NCBI RefSeq assembly: GCF_964355755.1
Contig: NC_092678.1
Span: 5,286,422 to 5,350,421, forward strand
Length of the DNA: 64,000 nt
DNA from: Antedon mediterranea
Taxonomy: Eukaryota > Animalia > Echinodermata
Direction: 5' to 3'
Made by a program: the position numbers and the translations under genes. The notes under the pieces were generated by a model. That model searched no databases and was not told the DNA's origin. It saw only the letters and a program-made list of their open reading frames with translations. Every line of letters begins with the position of its first letter. The stretch's first letter is position 1. This document shows positions 19,201 through 34,200 of the stretch, one piece after another.

Positions 19201-22200
19201 AATATGTATAAAAAATGAGCAACGCTTTTCCAGAATCATTTTTTTGTGTTATTACACGTTATACACACAAGTTGACCTTTGAAATTTCAAAATGTGTGCT
19301 ACACTTTGTTCTGGTAGTATACGAAGCACTGGATGGGGTTCACATGTATTTTTCTAGGCATGAACAGCTTACCTCATAGGCTACAGGCATGATGATTTTC
19401 TGAAAGGCTGCTAAATACTCAGCATCTCCCATTTTAGCCTAAAAAATATTGATACAAAAAATGTAACTACGTTTAAATTATATCCTGGAATTCAATAAGC
19501 ACCAACCCGCAATAATTGGGGGCTTTTCAATTTGTGATGACCTATGGCCTATCTAGGTCAGGTTAAATGATGCCGCAGCTCGTCACCTGGACTTTGTCGA
19601 GGTGGGGAGCGAAGAAACACAATGCAAATTGAAAGCTTTCCGAATATTAAAGTCTTACCCAATTCCAAGCAATGTTAATGTTAAACCCAGCTCCTTTATC
19701 TAGTCCAACTTTATCAGGCTCAGCTCTACTGGAAGCTGGAAAGAACGCTCCTTCATCATAACGATGCAGAGAAATATACAACACACTCGGGTCCTTGTCA
19801 AACATGTTTTGAGTACCGTTACCATGGTGAATGTCCCAATCAACAATTAACACCCTTTAAAATATATAAAATACAATGAAAGGATGAAAAAAAAAATGAA
19901 TACGTGAGGTAAATAAGTGAAATGAGAAGATTGAGGAAGAAACTGCAAAATGTAAAGAGCAATAGCCTGTCACAGACATATTAATGTACTGTTTTTAGCC
20001 GGTCACCTTCAGCAGACTAGGTTCTTTTTTCAGCCGTTTGTTTGTATCTTTCTTTGATTCATTTTTTCTTTGTATCTTTTTTCTTTGTTTTTATCTTTCC
20101 TTTTTTCTGTTATTGTTTTTATCTTTCCTTCTTTCTATCTTTCCTTCTTTCTTTCTTTGTATTTTTCTTTCTTTGTTTTTATCTTTCCTTCTTTCTATCT
20201 TGCCTTCTTTCTTTCTTCGTATCTTTCTTTTTTTGTTTTATCTTTCCTTCTTTCTTTTTTTGTTTTTATCTTTCCTTCTTTCTATCTTTCCTTCTTTCTT
20301 TTTTCGTATCTTTCTTTTTTTGTTTTATCTTTCCTTCTTTCTTTCTTTGTTTTTATCTTTCCTTCTTTCTTTGTTTTTATCTTTCCTTCTTTCTTTTTTT
20401 GTTTTTATCTTTCTTTCTTTCTTTTTATCCTTCCTTCTTTGTATCTTTCTTTCTTTGTTTTATTTTTCCTTCTTTCTTTCTTTGTTTTTATCTTTCCTTC
20501 TTTCTTTCTTTGTTTTTATCTTTCCTTCTTTCTTTTTATCCTTCCTTCTTTGTATCTTTCTTTCTTTGTTTTATCTTTCCTTCTTTCTCTGTTTTATCTT
20601 TCCTTCTTTCTTTCTTTGTTTTTATCTTTCCTTTTTTCTTTCTTTCTTTGTTTTTATCTTTCCTTCTTTCTTTCTTTGTTTTTTCTTTCCTTCTTTCTTT
20701 TTTTGTTTTTATCTTTCCTTCTTTCTGTTTATCCTTCCTTCTTTGTATCTTTCTTTCTTTGTTTTTATCTTTCCTTCTTTCTTTGTTTTATCTTTCCTTC
20801 TTTCTTTCTTTGTTTTATCTTTCCTTCTTTCTTTGTTTTTATCTTTCTTTCTTTCTTTCAACACATTAAAATGCAACTAAGTTGCAAACGACAAATCTAA
20901 TATACTCACCAGCTGGTCTAGTTTTTTTTTTTTTTTGCTTTTTATAGGTTTTTTAAAAAATGTTTTGGCACCTTTCTTTCATGTAACAAGTCCACATCCA
21001 AAGTCTCAAAAACCTCTTTTTTTTTGTTATTTTAACTGAGTATGTATTGGACAAAATATAGCGACATGTAAAATTAAATTAATTAAGATTAAATTAATTA
21101 ATAAATTGTTTTCATACCTTTTGACACCATACATTTGTTTGGCGTATTTTGCAGCAACGGCAACTGTGTTAAATATGCAAAAACCACATGCAAACTTCTC
21201 CTCAGCATGGTGTCCAGGCGGTCTACAGCAAGGAGAAATACAGCAAGCGATCAATGTCCATAGATTAAGAAAAGAGATTTTGTACACACAGATGAATTAA
21301 TATTTATGACAAGCAAAACGAGCGGAGACGTTAAGTGGAAAACAAAAATATAGAATCTATGTTATTTTTCATGACCATTTACACAAAACGTGGAGCGGAT
21401 GGGTGGTTGAGCGGAAACCAGCTCAGGATAGATACAGATTGTACATGGGACAAGCATGTGGTATTCCGCTTACCGTTACCGCTTGCCTGCGTAAATTAGC
21501 CTTAAGGAAACACAGTGGCTTACCTTACTATTGCGGTGCCATTAACAGACTGTTAAATAGAGAAAGAGAAAAAGCAAGTAAATAAATACTGTAAATAAAT
21601 ATGTTGTGTAAAAAAACAACACAATATATAAACAAACACAACTGCGACAAATAAAAATGATGGATCATAATCACATCCGGTTTTAAAAATGACTTTCAAG
21701 TATATAGTTTGTTTGTGCCAAATTAAAAATATTTTATTACCTTGCCTGTGAGGACATCATCCACAATTGTTAGGACGCCACCAAGTGCCAAACGTGCACA
21801 AGCATAGGTATCCTAAGACATACAAATTAGACTATTATTAATTATTAACTAATAATTATCAAATTAACTTTAAATACAGAAAATATAATAATAAATTACA
21901 TCCTCTAAAACTGGACTCTCAAAAGATAATGATGCTAATTGAGACAACTGAACAATGGTGTCTGGAGTGGCCCAGTCTGGTTTGGGAAGATGATATGTCT
22001 CCAGACTGTTGTGTATCATTGTGTAAATTTAATTAATTAAAGCAAAAGAGTTTGCGGTCAATGAATAGAAAAACGACGAATAAATCACTTCTCAGTTAAT
22101 CAACGAAATTAAAAACTGAGATAATGAATAATTGATAGAATAACAAGAAAAAAAGATTAATATCAAATTACAGATTAGTTATTGAAGTGAAAATCTTCAA

Positions 22201-25200
22201 AGAAATTGCCAACAAAAATACATAATTTATAACATGAATTTAGTAACTGAATGGATAACATTTGATTAACAAAATGATCGAAAAAAGAAAAAAAAATCTG
22301 AATATTACAAAATATGGAATGAACATATCTTTGAATGAATGTGGGATAAATAAAAAAAAAGTCTTACTGGGTGAAGATATATTGATTCATAATTTTCTTG
22401 TTGTTTTGCTAATTCTCGAAAAGACATTGATTTTGTCTGTTCCATAGTTTCTATGTAATCAATACTGAAAATAATAATAGTTAATTCTTATATAGCGCAT
22501 ATAAGCAAGCTCTCAATGCACATAAATTAAAATACTGAAGTGACAATAATTTAAATTAATGAAATGCATTATCATCCAAAAGTTAATAATAGAATATGCC
22601 AACAAAAACTTTCCCAACTTCTTCAATATCAGTTTCTTCAGTTCCAAGTAATAATTTCAAATGTTATTTTTAAAAACACTTTATTTGTGAAACTTAACAT
22701 TTCTTTAAGACAGTTTACTACTGCATTTGTATATAAAGTTCATTCTCGATTATAAGTTAATTACCAGGAAAATTTAAATTTTAAATATCTTACTTGTGGC
22801 ACAATTCAATTTCTTGGTGTACTGCATATCTAGCCTAAATTATTTAAAAAAAAAAATAAAAAATTAAAACATAGTGATATCACCTACTTAGGTATTATTA
22901 CATTTAAACGTAGACATAGCATTCTCTGAAGTCTGTAATTTGAGAACTACATGTAAGAATGTGTGTATCTATAACTCTAGAATCCTTGGGGAGGGTAGGT
23001 GTTGATGAAATAAAAAAAAAACATATAGAAAGTATTATACTGGCAAACGGCGGCATCTTTCTACAAGTCCAAGTGCTTCATGTTTCTCAAATATCCACGA
23101 CACTCTTTCAGGTCGTTCTGGATGGTTACTGGAAAAAGAAAAGAAATTAAGAAATGAAAGAAGTAGAAATACTTTTGATTGTGGAATTAGGAATTTGAGA
23201 TGATTGTCCCATCTTTTTTATACTGAGGAAAGACACTTTACTATAAGTTTACCTATCTTCACCAGGTGTACAAATAGGTACCTGGTACCTGCACTGATTA
23301 CTGCAGCTTTAACATAATTGAAAGTATCCATACATATTTGATTCAATAGGTAATAGTTAGACGGTATTATACTATTAACAACAATATATAAATACTTACA
23401 ACACTGTGTGATGTAACCTCATTCTATCATCATATACTAAGCATGTCCTGAAAGATTAACAAAAAATAGACTGAACACCAAGCTCAAATATGGTAGTGAT
23501 ATGCCCAAATATGATAGTGGTATGCCCAAATATGGTAGTGATATGACATCATCATGTCCATATATGAGCACATCACATTTTTTCACATGTTTGATAGTGT
23601 AAGACAGAACTTAACGGAATAAATCAAAGTAGAATTGTTCAGTCAAGGATGTAATAAGATGACCTAGATAAATATACATGAAATTATCAAAAACATTTAA
23701 CTGATGGAACTTAAGTCTCATCACAGACATGTCTGTTAATGTCCGTTTCCCACTAGGCAAATCAAACATTCCTCAGCTCTGATTGGTTTTTATATTGCAA
23801 AAGGTAGATGAAAAGATTTCCAATTTATGCAAATAAAATCACCTGGTGGAAACAGGCTTTAACAACAAATGGCAATAAAGGGAAGTAATTCTCCACTGAT
23901 GAATGAAAAAACAAAAACATTTTATCAAAATACAATAATCAGACAGATCACACAAGGGCAAACATTAACGAAAATCTTACCTGTATTTTGGTACTGTAAG
24001 CTGAATTTCTGCCATCATGTTGGCGAGCGTCTTTATAGGGTCTTCATTGAAGCCGCTACTTACACTCACATCTTTATCTGTATACACTGCAATATTAACA
24101 TCCACCTTAGATGTATCTAGAAAACAAATCCATAAACAAGTACAGTGTTAACAACCTTACCTGTACATTTAGACAACTTTCAATATTTGTTGTGAGGTGG
24201 TTTCCCGAAAGATCGTAAAATCAAAACGGTACTGGGTATGAATATTGAATATTGAAACGTGGCAGGCTGAAGGCGCTTGATCTTTGACAAGATTGCCTAC
24301 ATTTCTAGTATTTTAACCTTACAATACTTGTGTTGTATATTCAGGTACAGCCGCTCCATAATCTCTTTGCTTTTCTTCCTTATATCTAAATTAACATAAA
24401 ATTATTTATACTAACAAACATTACTGTTTATATGCCTAATATGTTTTACATCTTTAACATATTTTCATAAACATCCTCATATCGTACAACGACTCGTAAC
24501 AAATTTTCTCAACTTTCTATCATCTAAAAGTCGTAGTTAGTCATGTCTCGGGTCACATTCTATGGTCACCGTACAGATAGGCTACTACATCAGTACTTCT
24601 ATGAATGGATGACTAGTTGGTGACAAGAACGCTAGTTGGTCATACCCAGTACCGTTTTGATTTTACGATCTGTCGGGAAACCACCTCACAACCATCACGA
24701 CGTAGATAGTACGCGAGCGAAGCGAGCGTACCATCTAGTTTAGACAACTTTAAATATTTGTTATCTCAACATTATATTTGTGTAAATGTTTTGTTTTTTA
24801 CCTTGATGTTGGAAACATTTCCAGAATGGTTTGATATTGGCAATTGTCTCTAAAATGCTATCAAATGACCTGTTATAAAAGAAAACAAAAATATTTCTCA
24901 ATCCTTGTAATCTTTGAATGTATTCATTATATAATTTCATTCATTCAAATGACTATAAAAAACTATAAAATAATTGTGTGTTTAATTCAGCTAACACCAT
25001 GTCTGCAGTATGTTAACTTAAAAAACAGTATAAAATGCTTGTTGGACTTAATGCAAGTGCTTGATATAAAAGCAGAACAAAATAAGTTATCTAACTATTA
25101 TATAGAAAATGACCTTACTTAATTTGTAATTATGTTTATGCTATAAAATATATGTAAATGGAATAACATTAGTAGAAATGTATGTTGAACATAAAAGTAT

Positions 25201-28200
25201 GTATTTAGTTGAAAAATAAATTATGTATTTAGTTGGAAAATAAATTATGGATTAAAAAAAAGAAAGAATGTAAATACAGTACTCTAAACATAATATGTTT
25301 AACTGTAAATAAACAAAAAAAGTTAAGTGTTAAAAGATAATAATGAAAAAGATGAACTCAAAAAGAACTGTACTGTAAAATTATATTATGTATTAATGGA
25401 ATAAAAGTGGGATGAACCCACGTAAGACAAAAAGAAAATGACCTTACTTTTTATTAACTTGTTTTTGTGGCTGTAACTGTGGACAAACATCTCCAAGTAA
25501 AGTGCGTACAACCATTGAAATGCTTTCTGATAAACTCTCTAAGCAGTATCCACCCTAATGATAAGAAACATCATCACAGCAACTACACAGGGATTTAGCT
25601 AGTCTAGGGATGGGTGTCAACAAATTATGGGTGAGGGGAAATAAACGGTACTTAGCGGTTTCTTGCGTACTGTGACAAAATTTGTCACAATCATATAGCA
25701 CAATTAAAACTACTAGATGGTACGCTCGCTTCGCTCGCGTACCATCTAGGTCGTGCCCACAGATGGTTCTCGAATACACAGTAATTTCAGCGTAGCAAAA
25801 CTGGCGATTTCAAATGTACGTACCGCAGGACTATAATACATTGTCGTTTACAGAAACGAATAAATAGACACGATGATTTATTTAGTCAACTAAAATTAGC
25901 ACCCTGGGAATTACTTCCGAAGGAGAAACTTATCAAAATGAGTCCAAATTTTTGATTTGGACTCATTTAAAGAAACCAATTTGTGTTTTGTATGTAACAT
26001 TAGGGTTGAGGGATGGGAAAGCAGATAGGTACAAAGAGGAACAATTTTTAAATATATTCTTTATCCACTCAGTAACGAAATATTTTTTTCGTGTTTTATA
26101 GGCCTATAAATAATATACCTCTAAATACAGTAAAACATTTGCGATTTAATACTTTGTTAAAACTGTCACTGTCATAATCGATTGAAATATTAAAGTACAT
26201 GTCACGATACACCACTACGACATTTATTTTATTGGTAATTATTAATTAATACAAACGTTGAGAAGGAACTGTCAGTATAAAGTGTATTTGTATATAATAA
26301 TGTGTTTATATATCTAACAGTAGATCCTAACCACAATCTCAGTAATAAAGTTTATCTGTATATATTTTTATATTACATCTAACAGTACGAACATTCACAG
26401 TAAGATATGTTCGATTCAAATGAGGACTAAAAATAGTTAATAGGTATTTACAGTATTGTCAAAGTATTGCAATTTTATTCTCAAAGGGCCCATATATTTA
26501 CCTAACATATGTGTTAAACCAAGGGCTCATAAATTTACCTACTTGTGTTAAACCAAACTCTGGCAGACTGAGAGATTGGGATGTTCCATTCAGCGCAAAT
26601 CAATACATTTGTATAATCATATATTAAATCTATCAAAATAGTATTTTTTTAAGAAAATCGGCCTGTCTTCAACATTATGATGGTGTACTCTAGCTGTTCA
26701 ACCGTTTTCAGCTATTAAAAACAATTATCGTAGGAGGAGATAGGAAAATGCGAAGCCTCCTCGCATTTTTGTGGCGGGTATTTTTCAAGATGGACATCCA
26801 TTAGACAGTGTATACCACGATCGGAAAACACCCCTATTTGGGGCAAATCGTTGAACCTAAATTCGTTTTAATTGTCAATAACTAATTATCTAACTTAATT
26901 TAATTAGTAAACAGGGTTACATCAGGTGGTTAAAACCAGTACCGAAAGTACGAACCAACTTTATATACCATCGAGTAAAAATTCTAGAAGTAAGGCGCGA
27001 TTTACCGAATTTTGCCCTTACGTAAATTTATATATAGATGAGTACATAAGGTGGATTTGAACCCAGGTTCTGTCTTTATGGACAACTATAACTTAAAACT
27101 TAAAAGTGCTTTTATGATGAACTTATGGTTGACCTAAATGTTGAAGGGTTACTCACCTCTAAAGCACAGCAGACTTTGCCATCTGCTAGGCCCATTATCA
27201 TGCTCATCAGATGAGCATAACATGCTGGGCTAACTCGCATGAAACCCTACACCAAAAAAAAGCATGTAATATAATACTTAATAGTCCATATAATTTAAAC
27301 AGATCTCTATCTACTAATATTAAATGGAGTAAGTGCAGAATCTGTTTCGGCTTCAGGCTTTACTCACTCTTTATTATTCATTGGTGCCCAAATAGTGCCC
27401 AAATATTATTATTACTTAAAATAATTACTTTATTTTAAAGATACCTTTTCTCAATATTGTTTCTTAAACTTTAGAAGCTAGACAGCTCTGTAATTTTTAC
27501 AAATTTTAAATCGGCAAATTAGAATGTCATACCTCTGGATCGCCAATTGATGCATCCACTCCACACGCTACTAAAACCAGTTGCGGATTGTACTAAAAAG
27601 ATCAAGCAAAATTAAATACATTACAAGACATTCCTTAAGTCAATAAAACTATTACCAAAAACTGTCATTAAGAACAGCAGTACAGTCATTTAAAAACTAC
27701 AGCAATCAAAGAACTGATTTAACTTAACTTTAGATCCAACCTATTGCTATTTATTTAATATTTGTTTAAGACATCATCACCTCATAAGCTATTGGAAGAA
27801 GAATTTGCTAAAACATAATCACCTCATAAGCTACTGGAAGAAGAACTTGTTGAAAGGCGGCTAGATATTCTGCATCCCCCAACCCAATCTATCAAAGACA
27901 ATTATTATACTGTTTATGATAAAAAGATTGTAATAATAATAACATTTTTGCACAAACAAATAGAGCAAAATACAGAGTAACATAATAAATATACAACCAA
28001 TAATAATATAATGCAAGAAAGAGAAAACACAGCAAGCAAGTTTAGAAACATATCAGTGAGTAAAGCCTTGTTTACACTATCAAACGTGTAATAAAAAATA
28101 GTGATGTGCCCATATATGGACATGATGATGTCATATCACTACCATATTTGGGCATATCACTACCATATTTGGGCACATCACACTTTTTTGTCAAACTAAA

Positions 28201-31200
28201 TTGATAGTGTAGACAGAGCTTAAGGGACTCCCTAGGTATGTTTATTCAGATTTCTTCTGAATCATTGTCTTCTTCTTCTGTTTCCAAATTATGTTGGTTT
28301 ACTAACCTCATTCCAATGGATGTTAATATTGTAGCCCTGTCCTGCTCCTACACCCATGTACTTGGAACTACTTACTAACCTCAATCCAGGGGATGTTAAT
28401 ATTGTAGCCCTCTCCTGCTCCTGCACCTATGTACTTGCAACTACTTACTAACCTCATTCCAAGGGATGTTAATATTGTAGCCCTCTCCTGCTCCTACACC
28501 TATGTACTTGCAACTATACTAACCTCATTCAAGGGGATGTTAATATTGTAGCACTGTCCTGCTCCTACACCTATGTACTTGCAACTACTTACTAACCTCA
28601 TTCCAAGGGATGTTAATATTGTAGCCCTGTCCTGCTCCTACACCTATGTACTTGCAACTACTTACTAACCTCATTCCAAGGGATGTTAATATTGTAGCAC
28701 TGTCCTGCTCCTACACCTATGTACTTGCAACTACTTACTAACCTCATTCCAAGGGATGTTAATATTGTAGCCCTGTCCTGCTCCTACACCTATGTACTTG
28801 CAACTACTTACTAACCTCATTCCAAGGGATGTTAATATTGTAGCACTGTCCTGCTCCTACACCTATGTACTTGCAACTACTTACTAACCTCATTCCAAGG
28901 GATGTTAATATTGTAGCCCTGTCCTGCTCCTACACCTATGTACTTGCAACTACTTACTAACCTCATTCCAGGGGATGTTAATATTGTAGCCCTGTCCTGC
29001 TCCTACACCTATGTACTTGCAACTGCTTTCTATTAAGTTAGGCCAGGATGTCTCATGTCCATATTGATGAATAGAAAAATATAAAACACTAAAAAAATAA
29101 TAAAAAACAACAGATAAAGATCAAAATATAACAAATAGTGTTGCTCTTTACTTCTCTAATAATTAATTATGGAAAAATCTAATCCTTATTGTATATATTA
29201 TTTTGTGAGTTAAAAAAAACTGATTCTTTGAAGGTTTATTTATTACTGATTTTTCCCCTTAAAATAAAAATTGATAATACAATCTGTGTACTTGAATTTA
29301 AATAAATATTTATAGTTGAGAAAATACATCACCTCATATAGAAAAACTAGTATGGCTAGTATGAGGTTTTTTTAACTTTTTTAAACTTACTGTGGCATAA
29401 TGTACGATTTAAACTCAATAAAGATTACCTTGGATCATCTTCAAACATTTGTTGGAGACCTTGTCCATGATGAACATCAAAATCAACTATTAAAATTCTA
29501 GATATGAAGAAAACAACAAGAAAAATACAAACAATTTTAATTTATGTTATTTCAACAAACAACCCAGGAGTTGCATCAACAATAGTGCACCATGAACTAC
29601 AACCCATGGAACAAACCCAGGAGTTGCATCAACAATAGTGCATCATGAACTACAACCCATGAAACAAGCTTGAACAATACATAAAATATAAAACGGTCTC
29701 ATTGTATAGATTCATATTGTGAAAGTAGAGTGTTTGATGTTAATATAAAGTTTGCGGTACACCACATGTATTAGTTCTGAAAAGAACTGTTGAGTTTCTC
29801 GACGTTTCGATCAATATACTTTGATCGTCCTCAGGAGTGAGAATGGAGTGAGTGTTTGAATCAGTTTAATTTTAAATTGCAGAAGTTTTAGAAAGGTCGG
29901 ACCATCAAAACTTCTAATAGAATAAGTACTGATGCTTATCAGAAAAAGTAAAAATATCTTTAGAATAATTTTAAGCCACCGTACCTCTCCAAATTAAACT
30001 TGTGTTTAACTTGTCGTGCAGCAAGTGCAATATTGTTGAAAATACAGTAGCCATTTGGTACACTTTCTTGTGCATGGTGACCAGGAGGCCTAAAAAAAGC
30101 AAAGTTTTGTGTGTCGAAATATTTCAGTTATTAATTTATTTTATTACAAAAACAAGAATCATATCAGAGGAAAAATGAAAGTTTGTACATACCTGACAAG
30201 GGCAATACCATTTCGCAACTAAAGAAAAAAATATATTAAGTGAGAGTTAGCACAAATAAAAAATATAAATAGTGTGGAAAGGAAATAATTCAATAAATTG
30301 AATGAGTGGGGTGTGACATAGAGTGAAAAAAACAATGTAAAATAACACCACAAATTATGACACGAGAGTCTGTATAATAGATCAACTAAACCACTAGAAG
30401 CAAGAGTGAACCTTGACCTCAAATAAACATAAGGACTATTAATAATGACATGAAGTGCTACAAAACTGTCTAATAGTTGCTTCTTTTCACAAGGGAGACG
30501 AATTTGTTTTTACAAGTTTGATCTTATGACCAAAAGGAAGGCATTAATTAATCAAGTGGCACAATGTTCCAAATATAACCACGGACATGTTATCATTATT
30601 AAGTTAATTATCACTTGATCACCTATCATATTTCACATTTCATTTATAACTGATAATGGTGATCATCTCTACCTTTAATAAATTTCATAATTCCAAATGA
30701 AACTTAATACATAATCCATTATAGCAAATGAATGCACTTTTCATGAATATGTTAGCGTTTCAACATCCAGTAAGCTGATTGATGAATATTAACTTGAAGA
30801 AGTCAACTAGATTACATGTCTACAAGATTTCAATGTAATTTGGCATTTCGTCTGAAATTTATGTAATAGATTTCTGAAAAGACGCACTCAATAATCGCAT
30901 TGTAATTCATATTGTAATGTAATCACAGGTGTAAACAACCACAATTCAATTACCAACCGGTTTTTTTTTTGTAACATCATACATCATCAACTTTCCTTGC
31001 ACAGAATCACAGAAAAGTTAGTGTGTATTAGACCAACAGTACCATTTAGATTTCGATCATTCTGGAAATTTCCTCACGACTAATAGGGATCATTTTACGG
31101 TGTACCAATCATGGTGGAGCTGCTATGGGTCTGTAGCGATTGGTGTCGAGAGAACAGTTCATAATACATTTACATTTTACAATGTTTGAAGAAGATTAGC

Positions 31201-34200
31201 TAATTATTTTTAAGTAAGCAGATTACTCGGTGACCTTACCTCCACTCTTTTGTACGTACCTCGCCTTTTACTACTTTTGTTGTTAGATCAATAACTGATC
31301 CTGCTGACAAACAAGCACATTCATACGTATTCTATAAATTAAAAAAACTATTTATTTAAATTTCAAACAATAAACAAAATCAAATAGTTATTTTGTATGA
31401 TGTTGTCTTTGGTTCAAAGACAACTGAACTAAGTATTAATTGTACAGCATAATATTTATACAAATAATAAGATGTAATACAATAATGACTAACATAATAA
31501 TCTCATACCTTGCCAATGTAAACACATTCCAGATCATCAAAGCCATCTACGTATTCTTTTAATTGTTCTTGAGACATCGTAGCAGTGGATCGTATTTTGT
31601 ATATATAATCTTGACTACAAATAATCAATATTGTAGTGTTAAATTTTAAGTTCTAACAAAATCAAACGTCCTTCCAAATATGGAACCACTCAGTGGCAAA
31701 TATAGATGGAGCATATATTTTTAAAATCTATATCAAATTTACAAACAATTTAGATATGTACTTTAGTATTAATAACATGGTCATTTATATCCATTTTTAC
31801 ACCTACACCCCAATAATGTGGAATCTTTCGATCTGCGGCTGCCCTAGCTTTTATTTTCAACTTAAGTAAATCTGTATTTTGTATTCTGTATTTGATAAAT
31901 GGAGGTAAGTGACAAATATTTGTATCTCTGCTACATAAAAACAACTTTAAAAGGGTTTTACCAGAGGAATCAAATTACCTATGGCATATGAGTAACTCTT
32001 CATTGGTAGCCAGTCTTGCCTATAAAAATTAAAACACATAGAAAATTAAAAGACAAAGAAATATCAAGTTATCTTTATTCTGTTTTCTGAAACTGGTATG
32101 AAAACAAAATTGGTTATTTTATATATAAAACTGTAATAATACTATATTTATGCTACGAAAACAAAATTTATTGAACAATACAAGTTATTGGATTCCAAAA
32201 ATAATCAACATAAACACAATTTCACTGACAGATAAGTTATTACTTAGCAATAAAACTGGCAGAAAATAATTAAACTTGAATTGAGCGATGAAACAATTTT
32301 CCTATAAACTTAGAAAATTAATATTCGCTACTAAAAGTTAGCCCAGGGGAAAAGCAATAAGTGATAGTTGTAGAATATTGTTAAGATTATATTTACTAGT
32401 TAGTAGGCTTGTATTCCAAACGACAAATTTCAGAAGAAAACATAACATTTAAAAAAAATGTTTTATTTTTATAAGTAAAAACTAGCACTGGCAGTACATA
32501 TAGAAGACAATCAAAATGTTGACAAATTGGAATCAAATATTTAAAAAGATCCAAAGTAACTAAAATGTGTTGATAACAAACTTCTGCACATACTCAGTAC
32601 ACAAATGCTGTTGTGTAGCTCCTGTATCATTTAGCAGACAATAAGACATTTATATGACATACTGTAATGACAGGCACATATTTACATACTGATGGTTTTG
32701 TTTTTAATTATTGAGAAAACCTCAATATTATGAATGATCATAAATTAATCAGTTTCTCTTAAAAACATTTCTAATTCATCTGGATTTTGATAAATAATAT
32801 TAAATTAAGTCATTTATGGAAACGTTAATTTCTCTTCAATATAATTACATTTAACATTAATATTTAAAAAGAATCTAGTCCAATGTTTGTGGTCATCTGA
32901 AGCAGAAAGATAAAGCAGATGGCCTCTCAAACAAACACAGAACAAACATTATTTGCCAAAAAATGAAATATGAAGAAGTTCTGGGTTTTTGGGCTGCAGG
33001 GAAGAGTGAAACACTTGATTATTTTTACTCTTGCCTGGTTTGAGTTAGTCCGATTTCCTACAGTACATGTATTGGGTTTGGGCAGGGAAGAGTGAAATAC
33101 TTGATTATTTTTACTCTTGCCTGGTTTGAGTTAGTCTGATTTCCTACAGTACATGTATTGGGTTTGGGCAGGGAAGAGTGAAACACTTGATTATTTTAAC
33201 TCTTCCCTGGTTTGAGTTAGTCTGATTTCCTACAGTACATGTATTGGGTTTGGACAGGGAAGAGTGAAACACTTGATTATTTTTACTCTTGCCTGGTATG
33301 AGTTAGTCTGATTTCCTACAGTACATGTATTGGGTTTGGACAGGGAAGAGTGAAACACTTGATTATTTTTACTCTTGCCTGGTATGAGTTAGTCTGATTT
33401 CCTACAGTACATGTATTGGGTTTGGGCAGGGAAGAGTGAAATACTTGATTATTTTTACTCTTGCCTGGTATGAGTTAGTCTGATTTCCTACAGTACATGT
33501 ATTGGGTTTGGGTAGGGAAGAGTGAAACACTTGATTATTTTTACTCTTGCCTGGTTTGAGTTAGTCTGATTTCCTAAAGTACATGTATTGGGTTTGGGCA
33601 GGGAAGAGTGAAACACTTGATTATTTTTACTCTTGCCTGGTTTGAGTTAGTCTGATTTCCTAAAGTACATGTATTGGGTTTGGGCAGGGAAGAGTGAAAA
33701 ACTTGATTATTTTTACTCTTCCCTGGTTTGAGTTAGTCCAATTTCCTACAGTACATGTATTGGGTTTGGGCAGGGAAGAGTGAAACACTTGATTATTTTT
33801 ACTCTTGCCTGGTTTGAGTTAGTCTGATTTCCTACAGTACATGTATTGGGTTTGGGCAGGGAAGAGTGAAATACTTGATTATTTTTACTCTTCCCTGGTT
33901 TGAGTTAGTCTGATTTCCTACAGTACATGTATTGGGTTTGGGCAGGGAAGAGTGAAACACTTGATTATTTTTACTCTTGCCTGGTTTGAGTTAGTCTGAT
34001 TTCCTACAGTACATGTATTGGGTTTGGGCAGGGAAGAGTGAAACACTTGATTATTTTTACTCTTCCCTAGTTTGAGTTAGTCTGATTTCCTAAAGTACAT
34101 GTATTGGGTTTGGGCAGGGAAGAGTGAAACACTTGATTATTTTTACTCTTGCCTGGTTTGAGTTAGTCCAATTTCCTACAGTACATGTATTGGGTTTGGG

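Noticed and set aside
20038-20900. Three overlapping F/L/S-rich 'membrane protein' ORFs
   Set aside because: Pyrimidine low-complexity DNA that lacks stops in all three plus frames.
31240-31259. Strong alternative donor GAG|GTAAGG 20 nt downstream of an HDAC6 exon
   Set aside because: It would frameshift, and there is no evidence of use.
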